The notes under the pieces were generated by a model, which saw nothing but the letters and a program-made list of their open reading frames with translations, was not told where the DNA came from and searched no databases. The position numbers were made by a program, and so were the translations under genes. A stretch of 64,000 nucleotides of DNA. It comes from Dendrobates tinctorius (lineage: Eukaryota). This document shows, one piece after another, positions 13,568 through 24,558 of the stretch. The stretch covers positions 620,001 through 684,000 of the forward strand of contig NW_027362024.1 in the NCBI RefSeq assembly GCF_039654945.1, given 5' to 3'. Each line of letters opens with the position of its first letter. Positions within the stretch are counted from its first letter, which is position 1.

Positions 13568-16500
13568 CTGATGATCCTGAGGAGCACTGGGATCTTCTTG
13601 GTTACAGTCCTGTGGAAGAAGAGGACGGGGACATCTCTCTGGTGTTGTCCTCTTACTGGATAGATCTGGAGGAAACACATACAGGGACTGAATTCATTCT
13701 CTACATACAGATAATTATAGGCCGTGTGTATTTAGTCCTGTCTATTACCTGGAGATGTGAAGGGCTGGGGAACCTCCATTATGACATCCTTGTACAGATC
13801 TCTGTGTCCTTCTAAATACTCCCACTCCTCCATGGAGAAATAGACAGCGACATCCTGACACCTTATAGGAACCTGACAAATACAATGATACCGTCATCCC
13901 CCGATCCCTTCATAGTGTTACTGTATAATGTCAGTCTGTCATTCCAAGGATGTCGTTCTAAGGATAACATCTGAAATATGCCTGAAAATGACTCCCTGCT
14001 ATAGATGCTTCATTATTATTATTACTATGCTTCACTATTACTATCACTCTGACAATCGATCTGCTTCATCCACAGGTATGTGTTCTGGCTGCAATACCAT
14101 CATCACCCATCTTTCCGAAATCCCAATCACCCCAATATCTGTCTGCTATCTATGGTATGTGTTCTGGCTGCAATACCATCATCACCCATCTTTCCTGAAC
14201 CCCAATCACCCCTGTATCTGTCTGCTATCAATGGTATGTGTCCCGGCTGCAATACCATCATCACCCATCTTTCCGGAACCCCAATCACCCCTGTATCTGT
14301 CTGCTATCAATGGTATGTGTCCCGGGTGCAATACCATCATCACCCATCTTTCCGGAACCCCAATCACCCCTGTATCTGTCTGCTATCAATGGTATGTGTT
14401 ATGGCTGCAATACCATCATCACCCATCTTTCCTGAACCCCAATCATCCCTGTATCTGTCTGCTATCAATGGTATGTGTCCCGGCTGCAATACCATCATCA
14501 CCCATCTTTCCTGAACCCCAATCACCCCTGTATCTGTCTGCTATCACTGGTATGTGTTCTGGCTGCAATACCATCATCACCCATCTTTCCTGAACCCCAA
14601 TCACCCCAGTATCTGTCTGCTATCTATGGTATGTGTTCAGGCTGCAATACCATCATCACCCAGCTTTCCTGAACCCCAATCACCCCTGTATCTGTCTGCC
14701 ATCACTGGTATATGTTATGGCTGCAATACTATCTCCCTTTGCATTTCCTCTTGTGACTTTAATTAATCGTCTCCTGTGTCTGCATCCAGTCTCCCTGCTG
14801 CACCTCCCTTTCTGATCACACCTGGGCCCTTTCATGTGCTGTTAAGTTAGTATAAATTCAGACTTAGAGGTCTGTCTGACCTCGGTCTGTCGTTGCAAGG
14901 ATGTCTTCTAAGGATAACATCTGAAATGAGCCTGAAGTGACCAGAAGGTACGACTAACCGCTGCATTTACATGTTCTAAATTTCTTTTGCCTTCTAAATT
15001 ACTCTCACCATGCTGACATACGCACTAACAGTTTTGGCTCCACTACTCACTCTCCATCGCTATCTGCAAACCCCAGCACCTGCTAACCAAATAATACTCT
15101 CTCCTTCCCTCTTGCCTCCCCACCTGACCTCCTCTGCTGACCTGCTCCTCGACCTCAGAGCTCTCCTAATAAAATACAAAACAAGCCACCAACCCTCCTT
15201 CTCCCATATGCTCTCCCTTTCTCTGCTTCTCCTCACTGCTGGTGACATATCTCCCAACCCTGGACCCCCACAGCCCATACCTCCCATCATTACCCCCTTC
15301 TATCATTTCCAAACCAACACAAACACCAGAAATCTTTCCCACCTCAAATCCGTGCCCTTGACACCCACCACCCTGTTTCCACTCTTTGGATCACTCTGGA
15401 ATGCCCGCTCCGTCTGCAATAAACTCCATGTGATTCCCAACCTCTTTACCTCTCGTAATTTTTCCTTCCTTGGCCTCACTGAAACATGGCTGACACCCTC
15501 CAACACAGCCTCCCCTGCTGTGCTAGGTTACGGCGGCCTCCACTTCATCCATACTCCTCGCCCTGGCCACAGACATGTCGGAGGAGTGGGCCTTCTCCTT
15601 TCTTCCAACTGCACCTTCAACCCAATCCCACCTCTTCCCTGCCTTGTCCTCCCCTCTTTTGAAGTCCACTCTGTCCGCATCTACTCTCCCTCCAACCTCC
15701 AAGTGGCCGTCATATACCGACCTCCAGGCCCGACCACTGCCTTCATTGACCAATTCTCCACCTGGCTCCTTCACTTTCTCTCCGCTGACATTCCCACCAT
15801 CATCATGGGTGACTTCAACATCCCCATTGACACCCAACATTCAGCAGCCTCCAAACTCATGTCCCTTACTTCATCTTTTGGACTCACTCAGTGGTCCTCC
15901 TCAGCCACCCACACAGACGGACATGCATACATTAGACCTGGCCTTCACCCGCCTCTGCTCTCTTTCTAACTTCACCACCTCCCATCTCCTATCTGACCAC
16001 CCTCTACTCAGTTTATCATCCCTGTCCACCTCACCTGTCACCGATGTCCAGAAGCATGCACACCCCCGCAGAAACCTCACACATCTAGACACTCGCACAC
16101 TCTCTGACTCTATTCTACCACTGTCCTCCATATCTTCACTCCACGACACTGACACTACCACTACTTTCTACAATGCCACTCTTGCATCAGCCATCAACTT
16201 GGTCGCCTGTTGTGAATTCGCTTTCTGGCCTGCTTTTGAGTACCCTAGGATCTGCGGTTTAGGCTGGTGAACTAAGACCTCAGGAGGCACCGCAGATCCT
16301 AGGGTACTCAAAAGCAGGCCAGAAAGCAAATTCACAACAGTTGTGGTCAGCCAGCCCCGGCGGGGGCTGTGCTGAATTTCCATCCTTATGTTACTGTTTG
16401 TGCCAGTTTGTTTTTGTCCCTTATTAGATTGGCCTCTTTTTGCTCTGCTTTCAGAATATACCAGAGTGCTGATATAGTGGGCGAAGTTTAGTGACTTCAG

Positions 16501-19500
16501 TATTTTTCCATCAGACGTGTTGGGCATTTTTTGCAGGGTTTTTTGCGTGATTGCAGACAGTGTCTTTCCATTCCTGTCCTGTCTAGTTAGTGTGGGCCCC
16601 ATCGTTTGCTCAGTCTATTTTCCTACCTGCATTTGTGTTTTCATCTTGTCTCACCGACAATATATGTTTGGGGGCTATCTATTCCTTTGGGGTCTGCTCT
16701 GGGGCAGTTTAGATTTCCCCTTTCTTGCTTTAGGCTTATTTAGTTCTCCGGCTGTGTCGAGGCGTCTAGGATCATCGTAGGTACGCTCCACGGCTACTGC
16801 TAGTTGTGTGGATAGCATCAGGGGTCTGCAATCCGCTTAGTTACCAACCTCTCTGGTTTTCTGTGGCTTAGCTTGGGCCTGCTCTCCTCCTCGGTGACCC
16901 AATCATAACAGTCGCCCCTGTCATGCATAACAGAGTGCGACGAATCAATAGACAACCCTGGCACAATAACACCACCAAAAAGCTTCGGCAAGCATCCAGA
17001 ATTGCAGAACGGCGCAGGAAGAAAACACATTCCCAAGACGACTTCACTGCACTCAAACAAACAACACTTGCATTCATATCGGCTCTCACCTCTGCTAAAT
17101 AGGCCTACTTTACATCCCTTGTATCTTCCTTATCCCACAACCCCAAACAGTTGTTCAATACTTTTAACTCCCTCCTCCGCCCACCACTGCCCCCTCGACT
17201 TCCCTAATCTCTGCCGAGGAATTTGCCGCACCACAACCCCTTTGTATACCAGACCAATGCCCAAACCCCATAACCTCCCTATATAACATCACTGAAGGGG
17301 AGCTTGCTCATCTTCTCTCCAAATCACACCTCACCACTTGTGCACTTGACCCTATCCCATCCCACCTCCTCCCCAACATCACCACCACCCTTATCCCCTC
17401 CCTAACCCACCTCTTCAACCTATCACTAACTTTGGGTACCTTCCCTTCTGCTTTCAAGCATGCCACAATCACACCTATCATTAAAAAGCCAACCCTCGAT
17501 CCAACAGCCACGTCCAGCTATTGCCCAATATCGTTGCTCCCATTCGCTTCTAAACTCCTGGAGCAGCATGTCCACACTGAATTTTCCACCCACCTCTCAT
17601 CTAACTTGCTCTTTGACAATCTACAATCTGGCTTCTGCCCCCATCATTCTACTGAGACAGCCCTGACCAAAATTACCAATGACCTACTTACAGCCAAAGC
17701 TAACCCACAATACTCTATACTCCTCCTTCTAGACCTGTCCTCTGCTTTCGACACAGTTGACAACTGCCTCCTACTACAGATCCTCCTCTGCCCACCACTG
17801 CCCCCTCCAACCTCCCTCATCTCTTCGCGCACACTTCAAAACCAAGATAGACCAAACACGGCATGTCTTTGTTGCTCAACCACCACAACCCCTTTGCACA
17901 CAAGACCAATGCCCAAATCCCATAACCTCCCTATCTAACATCACTGAAGGGGAGCTTGCTCATCTTCTTTCCAAATCACACCTTACCACTTGTGCACTTG
18001 ACCCTATGCCATCCCACCTCCTCCCCAACCTCACCACCACACTTATCCCATCCTTAACCCACCTCTTCAACCTATCACTAACTTCTGGTACCTTATCTTC
18101 TGCTTTCAAACATGCCACAATCACGCCTATCCTTAAAAAGCTAACCCTCGACCCAACAGCCATGTCCAGCTATCACCCAATATCGCTGCTCCCATTTGCT
18201 TCTAAACTCCTGGAGCAGCATGTCCACGCTGAACTTTCCTCCCACCTCTCATCTAACTTGCTCTTTGACAACCTACAATCTAGTTTCCGCCCCCATCACT
18301 CCACTGAGACAGCCCTGACCAAAATTACTAACGACTTACTTACAGCCAAAGCTAACGGACAATACTCTATACTCCTCCTTCTAGACCTGTCCTCTGCTTT
18401 CAACACAGTTGACCACTGCCTCCTACTACAGATCCTCTCCTCCTTCGGCATCAAAGACCTCGCCCTATCCTGGATCTCCTCATACCTCTCCAACTGCACA
18501 TTCAGCGTCTCCCACACTACCTCCTCATCCCACCCTCTCTCTGTTGGAGTCCCCCAAGGCTCTGTTCTAGGACCCCTACTCTTCTCAGTCTATACACTTG
18601 GCCTGGGGCAACTCAAAGTCCCACGGATTCCAGTACCACCTTTATGCCGATGATACTCAGATCTACCTCTCTGGCCAAGACGTCACCTCTCTGCTCTCCA
18701 GAATCCCAGAGTGTCTATCAGCCATATTCTCCGTCTTCTCCTCTCGCTTCCTCAAACTCAATGTGGACAAATCTGAACTAATCATCTTTCCCCCATCTCA
18801 AAGATCTTCCTTACCCGACCTTTCTATAACAATTGACATCACGCTTTCCCCCCTACCGGAGGTCCGCTGCCTCGGAGTAACCCTTGACTCTGCCCTGTTC
18901 TTCAAACCGCACATCCAAGCTCTCTCCACCTCCTGCCGCCTCCAGCTCAAAAATATTTCCAGAATCCATCCTTTCCTCAACCTGCTAAACTACTTGTGCA
19001 TGCCCTCATCATCTCCCGCCTCGACTATTGCAGCATCCTTTTCTGTGGCTTCCCTGCTAACACCCTTGCACCTCTCCAGTCCATCCTTAACTCTGCCGCC
19101 TGACTAATTCATCTCTCTCCTCACTACTCCTCCGCTTCTCCCCTTTGCAAATGTCTTCACTGGCTCTCATTCACTCAGCGTATCAAATTCAAATTACTAA
19201 TACTGACCTACAAGGCCATCTATAACCTGTCTCCTCCATATATCTCAGAACTAATCTCCCGATACCTTCCCTCACGTAATCTCTGGTCCTCCCAAGACCT
19301 CCTTCTCTCCTCCACACTTATTCACTCCTCACCCAACCGCTTCCAAGACTTCTCCCGAATAGCCCCCATCCTCTGGAATTCCCTGCCCCAACACGTCCGG
19401 CTATCATTCACACTCAGATCCTTCAGACGGAACCTGAAAACCCACCTCTTCAAAAAAGCCTACAGCCTGCAATGATCCCGCTGCCTCCTCATCACTACTG

Positions 19501-20207
19501 GAGCTACCGCCTAACCATCACTGGAGCTACTGCAACCCCCTAACCTACTGTCTCCTTCCCCACCATCCTGTAGCATGTAAGCCCAAAAGGGAAGGGTCCT
19601 CTCTCCCCTCTGTATCAGTCTGTCATTGTTAGTTTGCTTACTGTAAGTGATATCTGTAATTTGTATATAACTCCTTCTCATGTACAGCACCATGGAACCA
19701 ATGGTGCTCTATAAATAAATAATAATAATAATGTCCCAGCAATGTCACCTCTCCAATCAGCAGCTCAATCATCTTGTAGATGAGGTCTAGGTTCTTCTGG
19801 TGATTGATGTCCTCATGGATCAGGGGGTGAGGTGGAGGCCCCGTGATTGGGCTCAGGGGTCTTTCACATCCCTCAGACACAGGGTCCTGACAGTAATCAC
19901 TAGAGGTCTTCTTCACCACTGTGTAATCCTGGTTATGGAGAGACACATTAATAAATCTAACTACAGACATTTCCAGAGTCCTCACCTCTCCAGTTCTGTC
20001 CATCTGTTATTCCCATAGATAAGAATGATGTAATGTGACGTCATCAGAATCTCTCACCTCTCCAGTGAGACGGAAGTGGATCTCTAGGGTGAGGTGTAAT
20101 ATCCTCTCCGCCATCTTGTCTCTGTCCATATCCATCCTTGATGGGTAAATCAGGAAAACTCTCTTCTGTAGAAGATCTTCACTGAGAGGATCCGATATTG
20201 TAGAGAC
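13568..20207 (-). CDS. KRAB/FAX zinc-finger gene N-terminal exons, copy B: 20207-20058 (ATG 20135), 19928-19749, 13872-13749 (KRAB-A), 13665-13568
   Basis: Four open exons with intact splice sites. The intron after the 180-nt exon is expanded by an L2 insertion. Homology to the other copies stops at ~13427, so the 91-nt exon is absent. Confidence 0.85.
14075..14733 (+). repeat. 79-bp tandem repeat, ~8.3 copies, in the L2 5' region
   Basis: Unit GGTATGTGTTCTGGCTGCAATACCATCATCACCC... recurs at 14075, 14154, 14233 and so on to 14707. Confidence 0.92.
15190..15267 (+). other. 2A-like ribosome-skipping peptide upstream of the L2 APE domain
   Basis: [18 protein letters not shown] in ORF 15010..15969 matches the D(V/I)xxNPG/P signature. 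Confidence 0.75.
16208..16910. mobile_element. solo LTR (703 bp) nested in the L2
   Basis: TGTTGTGA...TCATAACA ends, 6-bp TSD GTCGCC (16202-16207 / 16911-16916). L2 sequence resumes after it. Confidence 0.85.
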
Positions 20208-21209
20208 CTGAATGAGAAGAAGATGATCCGATGTAACATCATAAGAATCCTGTGTAATAATACAATTACTGGAGATAATAAGGGAAACATATGAGATTTA
20301 TTATTTTACAGGGTTTAGTTTTCTCCCCTGACATCTACTAATAAAACCTATATATTTAGGCCACAGACAAGAAGTAGTTTCCTCCTCGGAGTCGGCAGCT
20401 GAACACGTTCCTCATAGACTCATCTTCCATAACGCTAATTCTCGTCTCATTACCGACACTGGAATCCGCATTAGCAATACTGCAGGAGATATTCATTACA
20501 CGCGACATGAGAAATAACTCCTTCATGATGAGGACGACATCTTCATCTTCTACTACGGCTCTAGAGACAGATTTGGCCAGAGTCGGTCACTGCCTCCATC
20601 CCCACCGGCCGTCTATATGAAGGTTTCCCGTCTTCCCCGCACTGGAATCTTCTATCCCGTTAGATCTCAGCTCTGAGTCACACACAGAAGTTTGAGGCTT
20701 TTAGAAAAGATTTTTAGTTTCCACAATCAACGCGGACAGAAATGATCTGATCCCAAAGTCTCCATGTACAGTGATTTATGGGGTTTATTTCTGGCCTTAG
20801 GCTTTCCTACATTACAAGAAAAACTCCAGAAAAAGCCGATATTAAAATGTTTCTCATGTGTATGGGGCCGTTAGTATTACACTGACAGGCAGTGATCATA
20901 CACGGCACTACAGTAGTACAGGGCATCACTGGAGCCATCAGAGGCTTGTATGTTGTATGATCGCACTGATCAGAGGGGTTTAAAAAAAGATTTAAAGTGG
21001 AAAAAAAATCACAGTTTCAGCAACAAGAAATATCCATTACTATATGGAAAGCAGAGTCACTGCACAATGTTAGTTACGTCACCTCCATAACTACTTTATT
21101 ATACTCTATTATCCTGTACACAGTGGAGTAGATAGAAATCACAGATCCCACAGCAATAGCTGGAATTGGACCCTCCAACGTAAAGAAAAAAAATCTCTCT
21201 ATCTATATA

Positions 21210-22435
21210 CACTATTCAAAAAAAATAAAGGGAACACTTAAACAACAGAATATAACTCCAAGTAAATCAAACTTCTGTGAAATCAAACTGTCCACTTAGA
21301 CCTGTTTCACACTTCAGTTTTTTGAAGTCAGTCAAAATCCGCCAGTTTTAGAAAAAACGGATCCGCCCCTTTTTTGGCGGATCCGTTTTCTTTCCCCCTT
21401 AGACTTGCATTAGCGGCGGATTTTGACTGACAGTCGCTCTCTCTCTCTCCTTTTTCAGACCGCGGTTCCTTTAAATTTCCTGCCCTTTGCAACTTCGGTG
21501 GATCCGTCCAAAAAACTGTCCGCTGACATCCGTTTGTTCCAAAACAGAAACGGATCCGTTTTTTTCATCTTTGGCGGATTTCAACTGATTACAAAAAACT
21601 GAAGTGTGAAAAAGGCCTTAGGAAGTAACACTGATTGACAATCAGTTTCACATGCTTTCGTGCAAATGGAATAGACAACAGATGGAAATTATTGGCAATT
21701 ATCAAGACACCCTCAATAAAGGAGTGGTTCTGCAGGTGGGGACCACAGACCACATCTCAGTACCAATACTTTCTGGCTGATGTTTTCATCGCTTTTGAAT
21801 GTTGGTTGGGCTTTCATACTCGTGGTAGCATGAGACGGACTCTACAACCCACACAAGTGGCTCAGGTAGTGCAGCTCATGCAGGATGGCACATCAATGTG
21901 AGCTGTGGCAAGAAGGTTTGCTGTGTCTGTCAGCGTAGTGTCCAGAGGCTGGAGGCGCTACCAGGAGACAGGCCAGTACACCAGGAGATGTGGAGGGGGC
22001 CGTATGAGGGCAACAACCCAGCAGCAGGACCTCTACCTCCAACTTTGTGCAAGGAGGAACAGGAGGAGCACTGCCAGAGACCTGCAAAATGATCTTCAGC
22101 AGGCCACAAATGTGCATGTGTCTGCACAAACCATTAGAAACTGACTCCATTAGGATGGTCTGAGGGCCTGAGGTCCACAGATGGGGGTTGTACTCACAGC
22201 CCAACACCGTACAGGACGCTTGGCATTTGCCACAGATCACCAGGATTGGCAAATTCTCCACTGGCGCCCTGTGCTCTTCACAGATGGAAGCAGGTTCACA
22301 CTGAGCACATGTGACAGACGTGACAGAGTCTGGAGACACCGTGGAGAGCGATCTGCTGCCTGCAACATCCTTCAGCATGACCGGTTTGGCAGTGGTCAGT
22401 AATGGTGTGGGGTGGCATTTCTTTGGAGGCCACAC
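21210..22435 (+). mobile_element. Tc1-like transposon, 3'-truncated, decayed transposase (ATG 21830)
   Basis: Begins TA|CACTATTCAAAAAAAATAAAGGGAACAC. Paired-like HTH ([23 protein letters not shown]) and WRPVLFTDGSRF, with several stops. Confidence 0.88.
21299..21617. mobile_element. PIF/Harbinger-type MITE nested in Tc1
   Basis: TTA TSD on both sides. Long imperfect TIRs G(A/G)CCT.TTTCACACTTCAGTTTTTTG. Confidence 0.8.
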
Positions 22436-22576
22436 GATGTTGGGCTGTGAGCACAACCCCCATGGAGACACAATTGTGCCTTTACCTGGAGATAAATTCC
22501 CAGTGGGGGGCAATCTCCAAAATGCAATAACTTAAGTGGGGAATTCAGCTCTTTTCTCACTTAAGGGATCTGTATA

Positions 22577-23630
22577 TCAATCAATCAATCAATCAAATTT
22601 ATTATCGCCAAGTACATATTACATATATACAAGGAATTCTTTGTGGCAAAGAGGCAACATAATATATAACAACAGATACAACAAGTAACATCTAACAAGA
22701 CAGATACAGTATATAGTCTACACATGACGATTCAATTGTTGAACAGAGAGTGGATAGAAGCTGTTCATATGGCGGTTGGTACTGCATTTGGGGACTCTGA
22801 AGCGACGTCCTGAAGGGAGTAGTTGGAATGAGGAGTGTCCCGGGTGAGAGGGATCGGATGAAATTTTCAATGCGTGGGATCGAATACTCTTATCATAAAG
22901 ATCCTGGATTTTAGGCAGGGGGAGCCTATAATTCTCTCTGCTGTTCTGAAAGTGCTTTGTAAGCGGAGTTTGTCATGCGCAGTGGCTCCCCCATACCAGA
23001 CTATCAGAGAGGAACAAATCACAGATCTGATGACAGCATTAAAGAATAAGATCAGGAGATTCTTAGACAAACCATATCTTTTCAGCTGACGCAGGAAGAA
23101 CATCCTCTGTTGTGCTTTTCTTATAACAGCATCCACGTTTTTCCCCCATTTAAGATCATGAGAGATGATAACACCAAGGAATTTGGTCTCTGTGACCCTA
23201 AGAACCACTTCGTCATGGATGTAGATTGGAAGTATCTCATGTTGATCTTTCCTAAAATCCACAACCATCTCAGCAGTTTTTTTAGTGTTGAGTACAAGAT
23301 TATTGGCTTTACACCAGTCACATATTCTTTCCACCTCACTCCGATACAAGTCTTCAGCATTTCCCCTGATGAGACCAATCAGTGTCATATCATCGGCAAA
23401 TTTCAAGATTTTTACTGAGTCTGCTGAAGAGATGCAATCATTCGTATAGAAAGAAAACAGTAACGGGGACAAAACACACCCCTGAGGTGCCCCGATGTTT
23501 GTGACCAAGGTGTCCGAAGTGAATGGTCCAACTTTTACACTCTGTATCCTGGCTGTCAGGAAGTTATAAATCCACAAGCATAAGTTGAGAGGGACTCCAA
23601 GAGCTACCATTTTCTTATGAAGTAAATTCG
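22577..23630 (-). mobile_element. Rex1/Babar non-LTR retrotransposon, 5'-truncated
   Basis: ORF 22867..23610 has GAPQGCVLSPLLFSFYTNDC, KFADD and KAQQRMFFLRQL. (ATTG)n tail at 22577-22596. Confidence 0.88.
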
Positions 23631-23888
23631 GAGTCTACAAACTACAGTGGGGGAAATAAGGATTTGTTACGCTGACAATTTTGGGGCTAATGTCACATTT
23701 TTGTGAGGAAAAAAAAGTAAAATTGTCATTTTTTCCTTCCACATTGCTTAAATTCCTGTCACACTATCCGGATTCAGATATTGTCCTGTCAGAAAGGAGA
23801 ATACAGAGAGTGAAAGGGTTAATAGGACTCAAAGGAGGAACCGGCCCAGAAAGCAGAAGATCCAGGAGTGTCCGCCACATATATGACT

Positions 23889-23953
23889 GCTCTGTGCGCA
23901 CAGGACCTGTGATGAGGTCACAGGAGGGGAGGAGTCAGGGGTCACATGATCAG
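23889..23953 (-). repeat. dispersed ~65-bp motif, copy 1 (other copies 29615-29674 and 45018-45084)
   Basis: CACAGGACCTGTGATGAGGTCACAGGAGGGGAGGAGTCAGGGGTCACATGATC is near-identical in three places. Confidence 0.85.
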
Positions 23954-24257
23954 CGGCCTCAGTGCGTGCAGGACTCAGTGTGCTGGAGCGCTCCCGATTA
24001 TCAGCTGCGTGTGTCGCGCTGTGTGATAGTCACAGCACCTGCATGGAGGGCGACACATGCAGCTGATTATCGGGAGCGCTCCAGGGATCCGGGGTCCCGA
24101 TGCAGCTATTCGGTAAGCGATATTAGCCAATAACAACTTCTCCGACAATATTCGCTCATCTCTAGTAATAACAGCTCAAAGGAATTCACCAAACTTTTCA
24201 TTAAGTTTAATAGTAAGACCCTATTAAATATTGAGCACCAGCGGGATGAAGCATTGA

Positions 24258-24545
24258 CAGTGGCATGTAAAAGTGTGGGCGCCCCTGGTCAAAATGACCG
24301 TTATTGTGAGCAGTAGTAAGATGAAGATGAAATGATCTCTAAAAGGCCGAACCTCTAAGATGACACATGGCCTTTGTATTTTAGGCAACTATAATAATAA
24401 AAAAATATATAGACTTTTTTACAATTTCATAATTGCAAAAAGGAAAAAGGGCGATGCAAAACTTTGGGCACCTTTAGAGATTTGTGTACTGAGATAATTT
24501 TGATCAAGATTTCACACCTTAATTAGCTTGTTAGGGTTATGGTGA
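24258..24545 (+). mobile_element. Tc1-like left-end fragment
   Basis: CAGTGGCATGTAAAAGTGTGGGCGCCCC terminus with an internal direct repeat (GCAAAACTTTGGGCACC). Confidence 0.55.
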
Positions 24546-24558
24546 GATCACATGGTGA

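Larger units (their letters stand above)
13933..19727 (+). mobile_element. L2-clade LINE, near full length, antisense in a KRAB-gene intron
   Basis: TSD ATAATGTC (13925-13932 / 19728-19735) and (TAA)n tail. APE motifs LWNARS, GLTETWL, IMGDFNI; RT motifs [26 protein letters not shown]. Several frameshifts. Confidence 0.95.

Noticed and set aside
13928-14815. His/Cys-rich ORFs as a possible L2 ORF1
   Set aside because: Translation of the 79-bp repeat, whose period is not a multiple of 3. No RRM, PHD or esterase motifs.
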